Assembly (NCBI GenBank): GCA_963664405.1
Contig: OY761158.1
Location: 5,664,001 to 5,728,000, forward strand
DNA: 64,000 nt
Direction: 5' to 3'
DNA from: Thermoanaerobaculia bacterium
Lineage (GTDB): Bacteria > Acidobacteriota > Thermoanaerobaculia > Multivoradales > Multivoraceae
The translations under genes and the position numbers were made by a program. Positions 1-8,545 of the stretch are shown piece after piece (position 1 is the first letter of the stretch; each line of letters opens with the position of its first letter). Under the pieces are notes generated by a model that searched no databases, had not been told where the DNA came from, and saw nothing but the letters and a program-made list of their open reading frames with translations.

Positions 1-531
1 TGCGCCGACGAAGGCTAAGAGCGCAAGCGAGAAGAACACCGCCTCAGGCACGTCCTTGATATTCGAGAAGACGTGGGCCACCAGCCGCGGAGAAGTACAC
101 AGCAGAGCGCACGAGACAACAGCCGCAACAGTGTCGAAGCGCTGTTGGACGAACACGAAGAGCGCAGCGAGGAGGATTGCGCTGAGAAAGAGACTCAGCG
201 CGTGGAAACCGTCGAAGGGGTCGAGAAGCCCTAGCCCTCGCGACAGCACTGCCGAGCTCAGCGCGGCGAGCGTGTTCGCGACCGGGTAGTACTCCCAGGG
301 ACGGTTGCGAAAGGGAGAGGTCCCCAGATCCGGTACGCGATCCGAGGGATAGGGGTCCGATTCGAAGTCGAGGTAGGAGGAGTCCAGCGTCGAGAAATAG
401 GAGAGATAGCGCTCACCGAAGAAGAAATCGCCGAGGGCCTCGTCCCACGTGACGTTGTAGTGCTTCAGCGAAGGAAACGCGGCGAGAGCAAGAACAACGG
501 CAAGTCCAGCTGGTACGGCGTAGCGACGCAA
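1..531 (-). CDS. GT-C / PMT-like (GT39-type) membrane glycosyltransferase, 3' end truncated by window edge
   Basis: Not in the ORF track. Manual translation from TTG at 531: MRRYAVPAGLAVVLALAAFPSLKHYNVTWDEALGDFFF...PRLVAHVFSNIKDVPE. TWDE after the first TM helix and the N-x-KD-x-P motif are typical of GT-C enzymes. Frame stays open to position 1. Confidence 0.7.
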   Translation of the reverse strand, partial: MRRYAVPAGLAVVLALAAFPSLKHYNVTWDEALGDFFFGERYLSYFSTLDSSYLDFESDPYPSDRVPDLGTSPFRNRPWEYYPVANTLAALSSAVLSRGLGLLDPFDGFHALSLFLSAILLAALFVFVQQRFDTVAAVVSCALLCTSPRLVAHVFSNIKDVPEAVFFSLALLAFVGA

Positions 532-672
532 GGTTTAGAGCCTCGCGGCGCAACATACCAGAGCCTAGCCTCAGCTCGGTTGCCCCGGGGCAGCCCCACC
601 GTGGGCGGGGCATCGTTGATAAGATCCGCCCGGCTCGCCGCCGGCGGTCGAAGGCAAGAGGAGTGTTGTTTC

Positions 673-2718
673 ATGTGGAGGTCCAGCTCGGTTCTCGGCC
701 TCGCCTCGATCGTCGCTGCGGTGGCGATGGGGCAGCCCGCGGAAGAGACAACTCTTCCATCGGCCGCAGTACTCGATGTCGAGCCTCTGGCACTCACTCT
801 GGAGGTCGGCGAACAGACGAAACTGAGCTTCTCGGTTCGTGATGGCGCTGGCGATGTGATCGATAAGCCGGTGGTCTTCTATTCCCGGTCGCGGCAGAGT
901 GTGAGTGTGAGCGCGGCCGGGGATGTAGAGGCCCTTCGTCCGGGAGAGCACGTTCTTGTCGCCTTGGTGCCGAAAGATCCCGATGCGGAGCCGCGCCGGG
1001 CGGAATCTCTGCTCAAGCAAGAGATCGAGGTCTCTGTTCCTTTGCCGCCCATCTCCGAGCTGCGCTTCGAGACCCTGCCGGAGCAGGTCTTCGTAGGGAC
1101 CCGGGTACGCGTCGGCGTAGTTGCTCTAGATACTCTCGGAGAAGGTCGTCACGATGTCGCAGTCGACTACTCGGTCAGCGATCCTTCGCTTGCGAGTATC
1201 GACCGTTTCGGTGATCTCAACCTGTTGGCGCCGGGCGCCTTCTCGGTAGTCGCCGCGACTGAGGGCGCGGAAGCGTCGCTGGAGCTGGTGAGCCTGCCCA
1301 ACCCGATCGAGTCCTTGGAGCTGCGCGCCAGCGCCGGCGAGGCTCGTACCGGGGACGTGGTGCGCTTCTCGGCGATCGCTCTGGACAGAGACGGTCGCAG
1401 AGTCGACGGAGCGCCGGTCCACTTCGCAGTCAGCGGGGAGGTGAACCCCGCAATCGTGGCACCCGGGGCCGCCGGATCGATCGATCAGGACGGGCTCTTT
1501 GTCGCTGAGCGCTCGGGCGTCTATCGCGTGTTCGCCTCGACGGGCTCGCACTCGGCGATGGAGGTTGTCGAGATCACCAGCCGAGATGTGCAGCGCGATT
1601 TCAAAGTGGTTGGCCACGCGCCGGTGCGCGATCGACATACCTCCGATCATTGGGTTTGGGAGGCGTCCGACGGGCGAGACTACGCCATCACTGGGACCTG
1701 GGGAGCCGGCGGCCATGCCTACATCTGGGATGTGACCAACCCCGAGGCTATGGTCGTTGTCGACACCGTACACGTCGACGCGCGGACCGTAAACGACGTC
1801 AAGGTCTCCGCGGATGGCCGTCTCGCCATAATCTCCCGCGAAGGAGCCTCCGATCGCAAGAACGGCATCGTCTTTCTCGACGTTTCTGAGCCGAAGGTTG
1901 GGGTGCGAGTTCTTGGCAGTTACGACGATCAGCTCAATGGTGGGGTGCACAACCTCTTCATCTACGAAGAGCACGTCTATGCGGTAAACAACGGTCGCCG
2001 ATTCGACGTCATCAATATCGAGGATCCGGCGGCTCCGATCCGCGTCGGTCGTTTCGAGCTCGATCGGCCAGGGCCAGCGATCCACGATATCTGGATTGCC
2101 GAGGGGGTCGCTTTCACCTCCAACTGGAAGGACGGAGTGGTGGCGATCGACGTCGGTGGCGCCGGCATGGGAGGCTCGCCGAGCCGACCGAAGATGCTCG
2201 GCCGCTACGCCTATCCCAGCGGTTGGAATCACTCTGCCTATCCTTATCGCAGCCCTTCCACGGGCAAGTTCTACGTCTTCGCCGGCGACGAGGCCTTTCC
2301 CTACTCCAAGCTGCGGACCGAGCGCGATTCAGTGCCGATGCGGGCGGCGGGCTGGGTTCACGTCATCGAGTGGGACGATTGGAGCTCGCCGCGGGAGGTT
2401 GCGCGCTACCAGGTGCCGGAAGCAGGGACCCACAATCTGTGGGTCGAGGACGAGGTCCTTTACGCTGCCTGCTACAACGGCGGTTTGCGGGCCGTCGACA
2501 TTTCGGGGGAGCTGCGCGGCGACCTCTATCGCCAGGGCCGCGAAATCGCGTTCTGGCTGCCTCTGGATGGGGAGGGCTTCATACCCAACGCTGCCTTTAC
2601 CTGGGGGCCGCAGCCTTTCAAAGGGAACATCCTCGTCACCGACTGGAACTCGGGTCTGTGGGCGGTCAAGCTCGAGCCCAAGACCGGCTCGCCAAGGGTG
2701 ATCGGTGAACCGCGTTAG
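673..2718 (+). CDS. Secreted Ig-like domain + LVIVD-repeat beta-propeller protein
   Basis: Signal peptide from ATG 673 (MWRSSSVLGLASIVAAVAMG), Ig-like N-terminal repeats, repeated IWDVTNP/FLDVSEP/VINIEDP/AVDISG blades with His motifs (VHN, IHD, NHS, THN). Confidence 0.7.
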   Translation: MWRSSSVLGLASIVAAVAMGQPAEETTLPSAAVLDVEPLALTLEVGEQTKLSFSVRDGAGDVIDKPVVFYSRSRQSVSVSAAGDVEALRPGEHVLVALVPKDPDAEPRRAESLLKQEIEVSVPLPPISELRFETLPEQVFVGTRVRVGVVALDTLGEGRHDVAVDYSVSDPSLASIDRFGDLNLLAPGAFSVVAATEGAEASLELVSLPNPIESLELRASAGEARTGDVVRFSAIALDRDGRRVDGAPVHFAVSGEVNPAIVAPGAAGSIDQDGLFVAERSGVYRVFASTGSHSAMEVVEITSRDVQRDFKVVGHAPVRDRHTSDHWVWEASDGRDYAITGTWGAGGHAYIWDVTNPEAMVVVDTVHVDARTVNDVKVSADGRLAIISREGASDRKNGIVFLDVSEPKVGVRVLGSYDDQLNGGVHNLFIYEEHVYAVNNGRRFDVINIEDPAAPIRVGRFELDRPGPAIHDIWIAEGVAFTSNWKDGVVAIDVGGAGMGGSPSRPKMLGRYAYPSGWNHSAYPYRSPSTGKFYVFAGDEAFPYSKLRTERDSVPMRAAGWVHVIEWDDWSSPREVARYQVPEAGTHNLWVEDEVLYAACYNGGLRAVDISGELRGDLYRQGREIAFWLPLDGEGFIPNAAFTWGPQPFKGNILVTDWNSGLWAVKLEPKTGSPRVIGEPR

Positions 2719-3796
2719 CCGCGTTCTTCTCGTCTTGTTGAGCTGCACCTCGGTTCTCGAGGCGGAGCCGCCTCGGGATCTTCAGCAGCCGACACGGGCG
2801 TACTATGCCTATGTCTGTTCCGAGTCCGACGACGTGGTCACCTTGGTGCGCTATGGGCCGCAGGGACTGGAGAGGGTGAAGGAGATCTCGGTCGGCTCTT
2901 TCCCGGCAGAGATCGAAGGCCCCCACGGAATCGCTGTGGCGCCGGGTGGCGGCGAGTGGTACGTATCGATTGCCCACGGCTTTCCCTTCGGGAGCGTTCA
3001 CAAATACCAAACGGGCTCCGACGAATGGCTGGGTGATGTGGTGGTAGGAATGTTTCCGGCCACCATGGCGATCGCTCCAAGCACCGGACTGCTCTATGTG
3101 GTGAACTTCGATTTGCATGGCGATCCACGACCGTCTAGCGTGTCGGTGGTCGAGACCAGTAGCATGACCGAAGTGGCCCAGGTGGAGACCGGCATCATGC
3201 CCCATGGCTCGCGGCTGACGCGACTCGGCGACCGGCACTATTCGGTGAGCATGATGGATGATGAGTTGGTAGAGCTCGACGCCCTCCGCTTCGAAGTGCG
3301 TCGGCGGCTTGCTCTCGGGCCCGGAGATCATTGCGACACGGGCGGTCGACCGGTCAAGCCCACCTGGGTAACCAGCCCCACGGAGGAGGGGTTGGCGTAC
3401 GTAGCCGGCAACGGCAGCGATGTCATTCTGGAGGTAGACCTGGAGGAGTGGCGAGTGACGCGGAGGCTGAGCGGCGCCGGGCGGGGCCCCTACAACCTGG
3501 CGATCGCGCCCGACTCCGACCTTCTGGTCGTCACCTACAAGGGCGGGAACACCGTCGGATTCTGGCGTCTCTCGAGCGGCGAAGAGATGGCCGAGTTGGA
3601 GAGCACCCGGCGCCTTCCTCACGGAGTGGCCGTAACTTCCGATGGCCGGTTCAGCTTCGTTACGGTGGAAGGGGTCGGGAGCGAGCCCGGTTCGGTCGAG
3701 GTATATGACAACGGCAGCTTCGCGCGTGTGGGGGTCTTGGATGTCGGGAAGCAGGCCGGCGGCATTGCTCTGTGGGAGGGGCCCTCTTCGCCATGA
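2705..3796 (+). CDS. YncE/YVTN-family beta-propeller protein, secreted
   Basis: Signal peptide; repeated GPHGIAV, MPHG, GPYNLAI, LPHGVAV blades; overlaps the upstream gene. Confidence 0.75.
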   Translation: MNRVSRVLLVLLSCTSVLEAEPPRDLQQPTRAYYAYVCSESDDVVTLVRYGPQGLERVKEISVGSFPAEIEGPHGIAVAPGGGEWYVSIAHGFPFGSVHKYQTGSDEWLGDVVVGMFPATMAIAPSTGLLYVVNFDLHGDPRPSSVSVVETSSMTEVAQVETGIMPHGSRLTRLGDRHYSVSMMDDELVELDALRFEVRRRLALGPGDHCDTGGRPVKPTWVTSPTEEGLAYVAGNGSDVILEVDLEEWRVTRRLSGAGRGPYNLAIAPDSDLLVVTYKGGNTVGFWRLSSGEEMAELESTRRLPHGVAVTSDGRFSFVTVEGVGSEPGSVEVYDNGSFARVGVLDVGKQAGGIALWEGPSSP

Positions 3797-5640
3797 GTCT
3801 CTTCCGCTCGTTATGGCGTCACCTTGTTCCCTACCTGGGGTGGGCGATTCTCGCCGTCGTCTCCATGCTTGTCTACGCCGTCACCACGATCTTGATGATC
3901 TCGCTCATCGAGCCGATCTTCTCTGAAGTTCTTCCCTTCGGCGCAGAGGTCGCCGGCGAGCTGACTCTGCCTGGGTTGAGCGCAGACGGCGCTGAGTCGA
4001 GCCCGTTCAATCTCCATTCGCAGCTCGATGCCATGTACGAGGGCGTCAAAGGTTTCTTCGGAGTCACTCCTTCGACGGTGGCGTACTTCGTGCCGGTGCT
4101 CTTCTTCTTTGTGTATTTGCTCCGCATGACCGCTTCCTTTTTCAGTGGCTACTCCTTTCAGCATGCAGGGCTGGGTGTTACCACCGATATCCGCAACGAT
4201 CTGTGCGACTTCGTGCTCCATCAGTCGAGTCGTTTTCATGCCGAGCACAGCTCCGGCGAGCTCTTCAGTCGAGTCGTCAGCGATGTCGACAAGATGCAGA
4301 ACGCTGTCTCCAGTCGTCTTCTCGATCTCTTCCAGCAGTCGATCACTCTCGTCTTTCTGGTTCTCCTGCTGCTGTCAACGCACCTCCGACTCGCTGTTGT
4401 CTGTCTGATTGCGGCACCTCTGATCATCTACCCCATCGTCCGCTTCGGCCGCGGCATGCGCCAGACCAGCCATCGTACCCAGGAGCGCATGGCAGATCTC
4501 TCGAGCCTGCTCACCGAGATGGTTCGCGGCCACCGCATCGTGAAGGCTTTCGGTATGGAGGGGTTCGAGCTCGCTCGTTTCAAGCATGCAACCGAGCGCC
4601 ATCGCAAAGTCAGTCTTCGTGCTCAGATCCTCTCCAACTTCTCGAGCCCCGTCGTCGAGACGATGGCGGCGCTGGGTGGTTGCGGCCTGTTGGTCTACTC
4701 GTCTCAGCTGATCCGCGCCGGCGAGCTCACCACACCGCTACTGATCCAGTTTCTGACCAATCTGTTGATGCTCTACGACCCCATCCGCCGCCTCAATAAG
4801 GTGAATCTCCTACTTCAGGGAGCGCTGGCTGCCGCCCAGCGGGTGTTCCAGCTGTTGTCGATTCCCAACGACATCGTCGATCAGCCTGGGGCGACGTCGC
4901 TCGATCAGGTCTCTCGAGGGATCCGTTTCGACAACGTCTCCTTCGGCTACCGGAAGGGAGGCTACGTGCTCCGCGACTTCAGACTGGAGATCCCCTGCGG
5001 CAAGACCGTCGCGCTCGTGGGCCCCTCAGGTGCCGGGAAGTCGACGGTGGTCAATTTGTTGCCACGCTTTTTTGATCCTGACGAGGGGAGCCTTTCGATC
5101 GACGGAATCGACATTCGCGAGCTGTCGCTGCGCAATCTTCGCTCCCTTATCGGCCTGGTTTCCCAAGAGACCATCCTCTTCAACGAAAGCGTGCGAAACA
5201 ACATCGCCTATGGGCACGGTGAGATGCCGATCGAAAAGGTCCGCGAAGCGGCAGCTGCGTCGTACGCGGACGCGTTCATCATGGACATGCCTGGCGGTTA
5301 CGAGGGATTCGTCGGTGAGGGCGGAAGTCAGCTCTCTGGGGGGCAGCGGCAGCGGATATCGATTGCGAGGGCCCTGCTCAAGAATGCCCCGATTCTGATC
5401 CTCGACGAGGCGACATCGCAGCTCGACACCCATTCGGAAGTCTCGGTCCAGAAGGCGCTCGAGAACCTGTTGCAGGGCAGAACGACTCTGGTGATCGCGC
5501 ATCGCCTGTCGACGGTGATGTCGGCCGATCTCATCGTCGTGATGGACGGGGGGCGCATCGTCGAGCAGGGGACTCATGCCGAGCTCCTGGATCTCGACGG
5601 TGCCTACAAGCGTCTCTACGACCTTCAGTTCAGAGTCTGA
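3793..5640 (+). CDS. msbA: MsbA-like ABC exporter (fused TMD + NBD)
   Basis: Six-TM domain, Walker A GPSGAGKST, signature LSGGQRQR, Walker B ILILDEATS, IAHRLST. Confidence 0.75.
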   Translation: MSLFRSLWRHLVPYLGWAILAVVSMLVYAVTTILMISLIEPIFSEVLPFGAEVAGELTLPGLSADGAESSPFNLHSQLDAMYEGVKGFFGVTPSTVAYFVPVLFFFVYLLRMTASFFSGYSFQHAGLGVTTDIRNDLCDFVLHQSSRFHAEHSSGELFSRVVSDVDKMQNAVSSRLLDLFQQSITLVFLVLLLLSTHLRLAVVCLIAAPLIIYPIVRFGRGMRQTSHRTQERMADLSSLLTEMVRGHRIVKAFGMEGFELARFKHATERHRKVSLRAQILSNFSSPVVETMAALGGCGLLVYSSQLIRAGELTTPLLIQFLTNLLMLYDPIRRLNKVNLLLQGALAAAQRVFQLLSIPNDIVDQPGATSLDQVSRGIRFDNVSFGYRKGGYVLRDFRLEIPCGKTVALVGPSGAGKSTVVNLLPRFFDPDEGSLSIDGIDIRELSLRNLRSLIGLVSQETILFNESVRNNIAYGHGEMPIEKVREAAAASYADAFIMDMPGGYEGFVGEGGSQLSGGQRQRISIARALLKNAPILILDEATSQLDTHSEVSVQKALENLLQGRTTLVIAHRLSTVMSADLIVVMDGGRIVEQGTHAELLDLDGAYKRLYDLQFRV

Positions 5641-5678
5641 TCCGCGGTAGAGGTCCGGTTGGTTGGAGATTCGACGTC

Positions 5679-7373
5679 TTGCCTGAGATCGAAGCCGAGC
5701 CGGCCCACCTCATCGGCGCTATAGAGCGGGCCTCGACTCTCTTCCCGGAGCGGGGCATCAGCCTGATGGATCGGCGGGGCCGACTGGCGGAGAAGCGATC
5801 GTATCCGCAAGTCCTCGAGAGCGCACAGGCCGCGGCCCGGCGGCTCCTGCGCCGCGGCGTCGAGGCCGGTGACCGAGTGATGATCTGCCTGCCGACTTCC
5901 TGGAGCTGGATCGAGTCCTGGCTGGGGACCGTGCTGGCGGGAGGGGTTCCGGTCGCCGTGTCGCCGCCGGAAGGACTTGGCTCACCCTCTGGGGTCCTCG
6001 GGCGCGTTGATGGCGTTGCTGAGCGCATCGAGGCAAGCCTGTTGGTGTGTAGCGACCGGCTGCTTGCGCCGATCCATGAGCACCGGCTCGAGACCCTGTC
6101 AACGATTGCCACTCCGATCGGCGAGTTGGAAGAGCTCCTGCCCGGGGCCTCGCTGCCTCGTCTCGATCCAGCCCCGGAAGAGGTTGCCTTTCTCCAACTG
6201 ACGAGTGGCTCGACCGGTGTGCCGCGAGCGGTGATGATTCCCCACCGGGCCGCGGTGCACAACACGATCGCCTGCGGAGAGGCGATTGGTCGTCCCTTGG
6301 GCCGCCCGGTGTGGGAGTGGGAGCCCTCCTCGCTGGTGTCATGGCTGCCGCTCTACCACGACATGGGATTGGTCGGCGGTATTCTGTTCTCGATGATGAA
6401 CGGTCTCGACCTCGTACTGGTGAGCCCTCGCACCTTCCTCGGCAAGCCCCGAACTTGGTTGGAGATGCTGTCTCGGGTGGGCCCCGCGATCTCACCGGCG
6501 CCGAATTTCGGCTATCAGTTGTGTCTCGAGCGGATCGCCGAGGAGGAGCGCGCAGGGCTGGATCTCTCTCAGTGGCAGGTGGCGTTGCTCGGGGCCGAAA
6601 TGGTACGCCCCGAGACGGTGCGCGACTTCAGTGCCGCCTTCGAGAGCTCCGGCTTCTCGCCGCTCTCGGCCCGCCCCTGTTACGGATTGGCCGAGGGTAC
6701 GCTTTCGGTGACTTTCGACAGCGCCGGGACGGGACTGCGCTGCGCCAGCCTCCCTGCGGGGGCCGAGGAAGGCCCTCGAGAGGTTCCGTCGGTCGGCGAG
6801 CCGCTCATGGACACCCGAGTCGAGGTGGTTGCCGCCGATGGGTCCCGGCTGCCCGAGGGGCAAATCGGTGAGGTGATCGTCCGCGGCCCCGGGGTCTTTC
6901 TCGGCTACTTTCGGGATGAGGAGGCGACTGCCCAGGCGTTTCGAGACGGCTGGCTCCACACCGGGGATCTGGGTTTCCTGCGTGGCGGCGAGCTCTATCT
7001 CACCGGCCGCAGTAAAGAGATCCTCATTGTTCGCGGACAGAACATCATGCCGCACGAGCTCGAGTGGATCGCCGAGGAGGTGGCTGAGGCGGGAGGATCG
7101 TGTCGGGTTGGCTGTTTCTCGATCCCTGCGGGCGCGGCCGGGGAACTGCCGGTGATCGTGGTCGAAGTGGCGCGCGGCGCGGGCTCGTCGTTGGCGCACC
7201 TCGATCGCGAGATTCGCAGCCGGGTCGGCCGCCGGCTGTCGCTCCCTCTCGCTGACCTGGTCTTCGTTCAGCGCGGTAAGATCCCCAAGACGACGAGTGG
7301 CAAGGTCCAACGCCGCGAGCTGCGCGCGCGTTACTTGGCCAGACAACTGGAGCGACTACATGGCGATGAGTGA
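5679..7373 (+). CDS. Fatty acyl-AMP ligase (FAAL)
   Basis: FLQLTSGSTGVPR, SWLPLYHDMGL, CYGLAEGTL, TGDLGF, IPKTTSGKVQR; adjacent to an ACP. Confidence 0.85.
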   Translation: MPEIEAEPAHLIGAIERASTLFPERGISLMDRRGRLAEKRSYPQVLESAQAAARRLLRRGVEAGDRVMICLPTSWSWIESWLGTVLAGGVPVAVSPPEGLGSPSGVLGRVDGVAERIEASLLVCSDRLLAPIHEHRLETLSTIATPIGELEELLPGASLPRLDPAPEEVAFLQLTSGSTGVPRAVMIPHRAAVHNTIACGEAIGRPLGRPVWEWEPSSLVSWLPLYHDMGLVGGILFSMMNGLDLVLVSPRTFLGKPRTWLEMLSRVGPAISPAPNFGYQLCLERIAEEERAGLDLSQWQVALLGAEMVRPETVRDFSAAFESSGFSPLSARPCYGLAEGTLSVTFDSAGTGLRCASLPAGAEEGPREVPSVGEPLMDTRVEVVAADGSRLPEGQIGEVIVRGPGVFLGYFRDEEATAQAFRDGWLHTGDLGFLRGGELYLTGRSKEILIVRGQNIMPHELEWIAEEVAEAGGSCRVGCFSIPAGAAGELPVIVVEVARGAGSSLAHLDREIRSRVGRRLSLPLADLVFVQRGKIPKTTSGKVQRRELRARYLARQLERLHGDE

Positions 7374-7599
7374 GAAGACCGACAAAGCCCTTCAGGTGCT
7401 GGCGAGAGTAAGCGACAAGGACGGAGCGGGCTTGACTCCCGAGATGGAGCTCGTTGCCGACCTCGCCATCGACTCTCCCAAGGCGTTGGAGCTTCTGGTC
7501 GAGCTCGAGGAGGTCCTCGAAGTCGAGATCAGCGACGAGGATGCGGCGCGGATGGAGACGGTCGCGGACGTCCTCGCTTATGCCGGCCGCCTCGGTTAG
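7360..7599 (+). CDS. Acyl carrier protein (second, pathway-dedicated ACP)
   Basis: Small acidic protein with LVADLAIDSPKALELLVELEE (phosphopantetheine Ser in DSP) and ISDEDA..METVADV. Confidence 0.85.
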   Translation: MAMSEKTDKALQVLARVSDKDGAGLTPEMELVADLAIDSPKALELLVELEEVLEVEISDEDAARMETVADVLAYAGRLG

Positions 7600-7763
7600 T
7601 GGACCGTAACACCCAAACGTTTAGCGCCTGAGCGGCCCTCGCGGCCGATCTCTGCGTTACGCTTCCTCGACATAGTCCCCGCTATGCCTGCGTCAGCGCG
7701 CCTTGATCTCGACCACGAATGACTCACTCAGCCACTAAACGTTCGAGTGTTACGGTCCACTAA
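7596..7763. mobile_element. MITE-like element, 168 bp, about 29-bp terminal inverted repeats
   Basis: Left TTAGTGGACCGTAACACCCAAACGTTTAG versus right CTAAACGTTCGAGTGTTACGGTCCACTAA (2 mismatches). TA at both ends; the left end overlaps the ACP TAG stop. Confidence 0.8.
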
Positions 7764-7764
7764 G

Positions 7765-8439
7765 TTGGGGAGCCGGCTCAAAGCGAGCCTGCTGGGGCCC
7801 GGCGCCTTCTTGCTCCGTGGCATCTTTCGCTTCCTCGGTGCGAGCTACCGCTACGAGGTGTTGCACCAAGAACGGATCGATCTCCTGCTGGCGAATCCGC
7901 GTCCTGTTGTTATGTCCCTCTGGCATGACCAGAGTTTCGCGGCTGGGTGGTTCGTCTATGACCGGCTCCACCGTGGCGGGGTCGAGATCAGTCTGGTGGC
8001 CAGCCACTCTCGCGATGGGGAGCTGGTTACGCGCTTCGCTCGACCCCTGAAGTTGCGAGTGGTCCGCGGCTCTTCCTCGCGGGGGGGCCGCGAGGCCCTG
8101 ATGGAGATGTACCGTTCGATCTCGAAGCACGGCGCCTCGCCGGTGGTCATCCCGGACGGGCCGCGGGGCCCACAGCACGTCTGCAAAGCCGGCGCCGTAC
8201 TGCTTTCTCAATTGGCCCAGGTTCCGGTCCTTCCTCTCGCCTTCGTAGCGGAGCGCGCCTGGCACATTCGTTCATGGGATCGAATGGCAGTTCCTCGCTT
8301 CCGCAGTCGAGTGGCAGTAGCCGTTGGCGAGCCTTGGCAGGTGCCTCGACAGTTGGCGCAGGGCGAGATCGAGGTGCATCAGCGGCAAATGGAGAGTGTG
8401 TTGCAAGCTCTCGCGACAGAAGCGCGGGGCTCTCTCTAG
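7765..8439 (+). CDS. DUF374 / lysophospholipid acyltransferase-superfamily protein
   Basis: LWH, SHSRDGE, VVRGSSSRGG, PDGPRGP, SWDR motifs. The track start (7747) lies inside the MITE TIR, so TTG 7765 is preferred. Confidence 0.75.
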   Translation: MGSRLKASLLGPGAFLLRGIFRFLGASYRYEVLHQERIDLLLANPRPVVMSLWHDQSFAAGWFVYDRLHRGGVEISLVASHSRDGELVTRFARPLKLRVVRGSSSRGGREALMEMYRSISKHGASPVVIPDGPRGPQHVCKAGAVLLSQLAQVPVLPLAFVAERAWHIRSWDRMAVPRFRSRVAVAVGEPWQVPRQLAQGEIEVHQRQMESVLQALATEARGSL

Positions 8440-8545
8440 AACCGTATCTCCGCATGCGTAGAATGGGGGCTCGTTGGCCGCGTGGAATAATCTAGGGCCG
8501 GACGGAATTAGCTTTGTCGCACCCATGAAGATTGGAGCTCGAGGC

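Noticed and set aside
460-672. N-terminal extension of the LVIVD protein
   Set aside because: Overlaps the opposite-strand glycosyltransferase; the signal peptide starts at ATG 673.
1126-2232. Long antisense or alternative-frame ORFs (also 13320-14453, 42625-43641, 45715-46893, 47297-48538, 61710-62780)
   Set aside because: Shadow ORFs expected at high GC over well-supported genes; no motifs.
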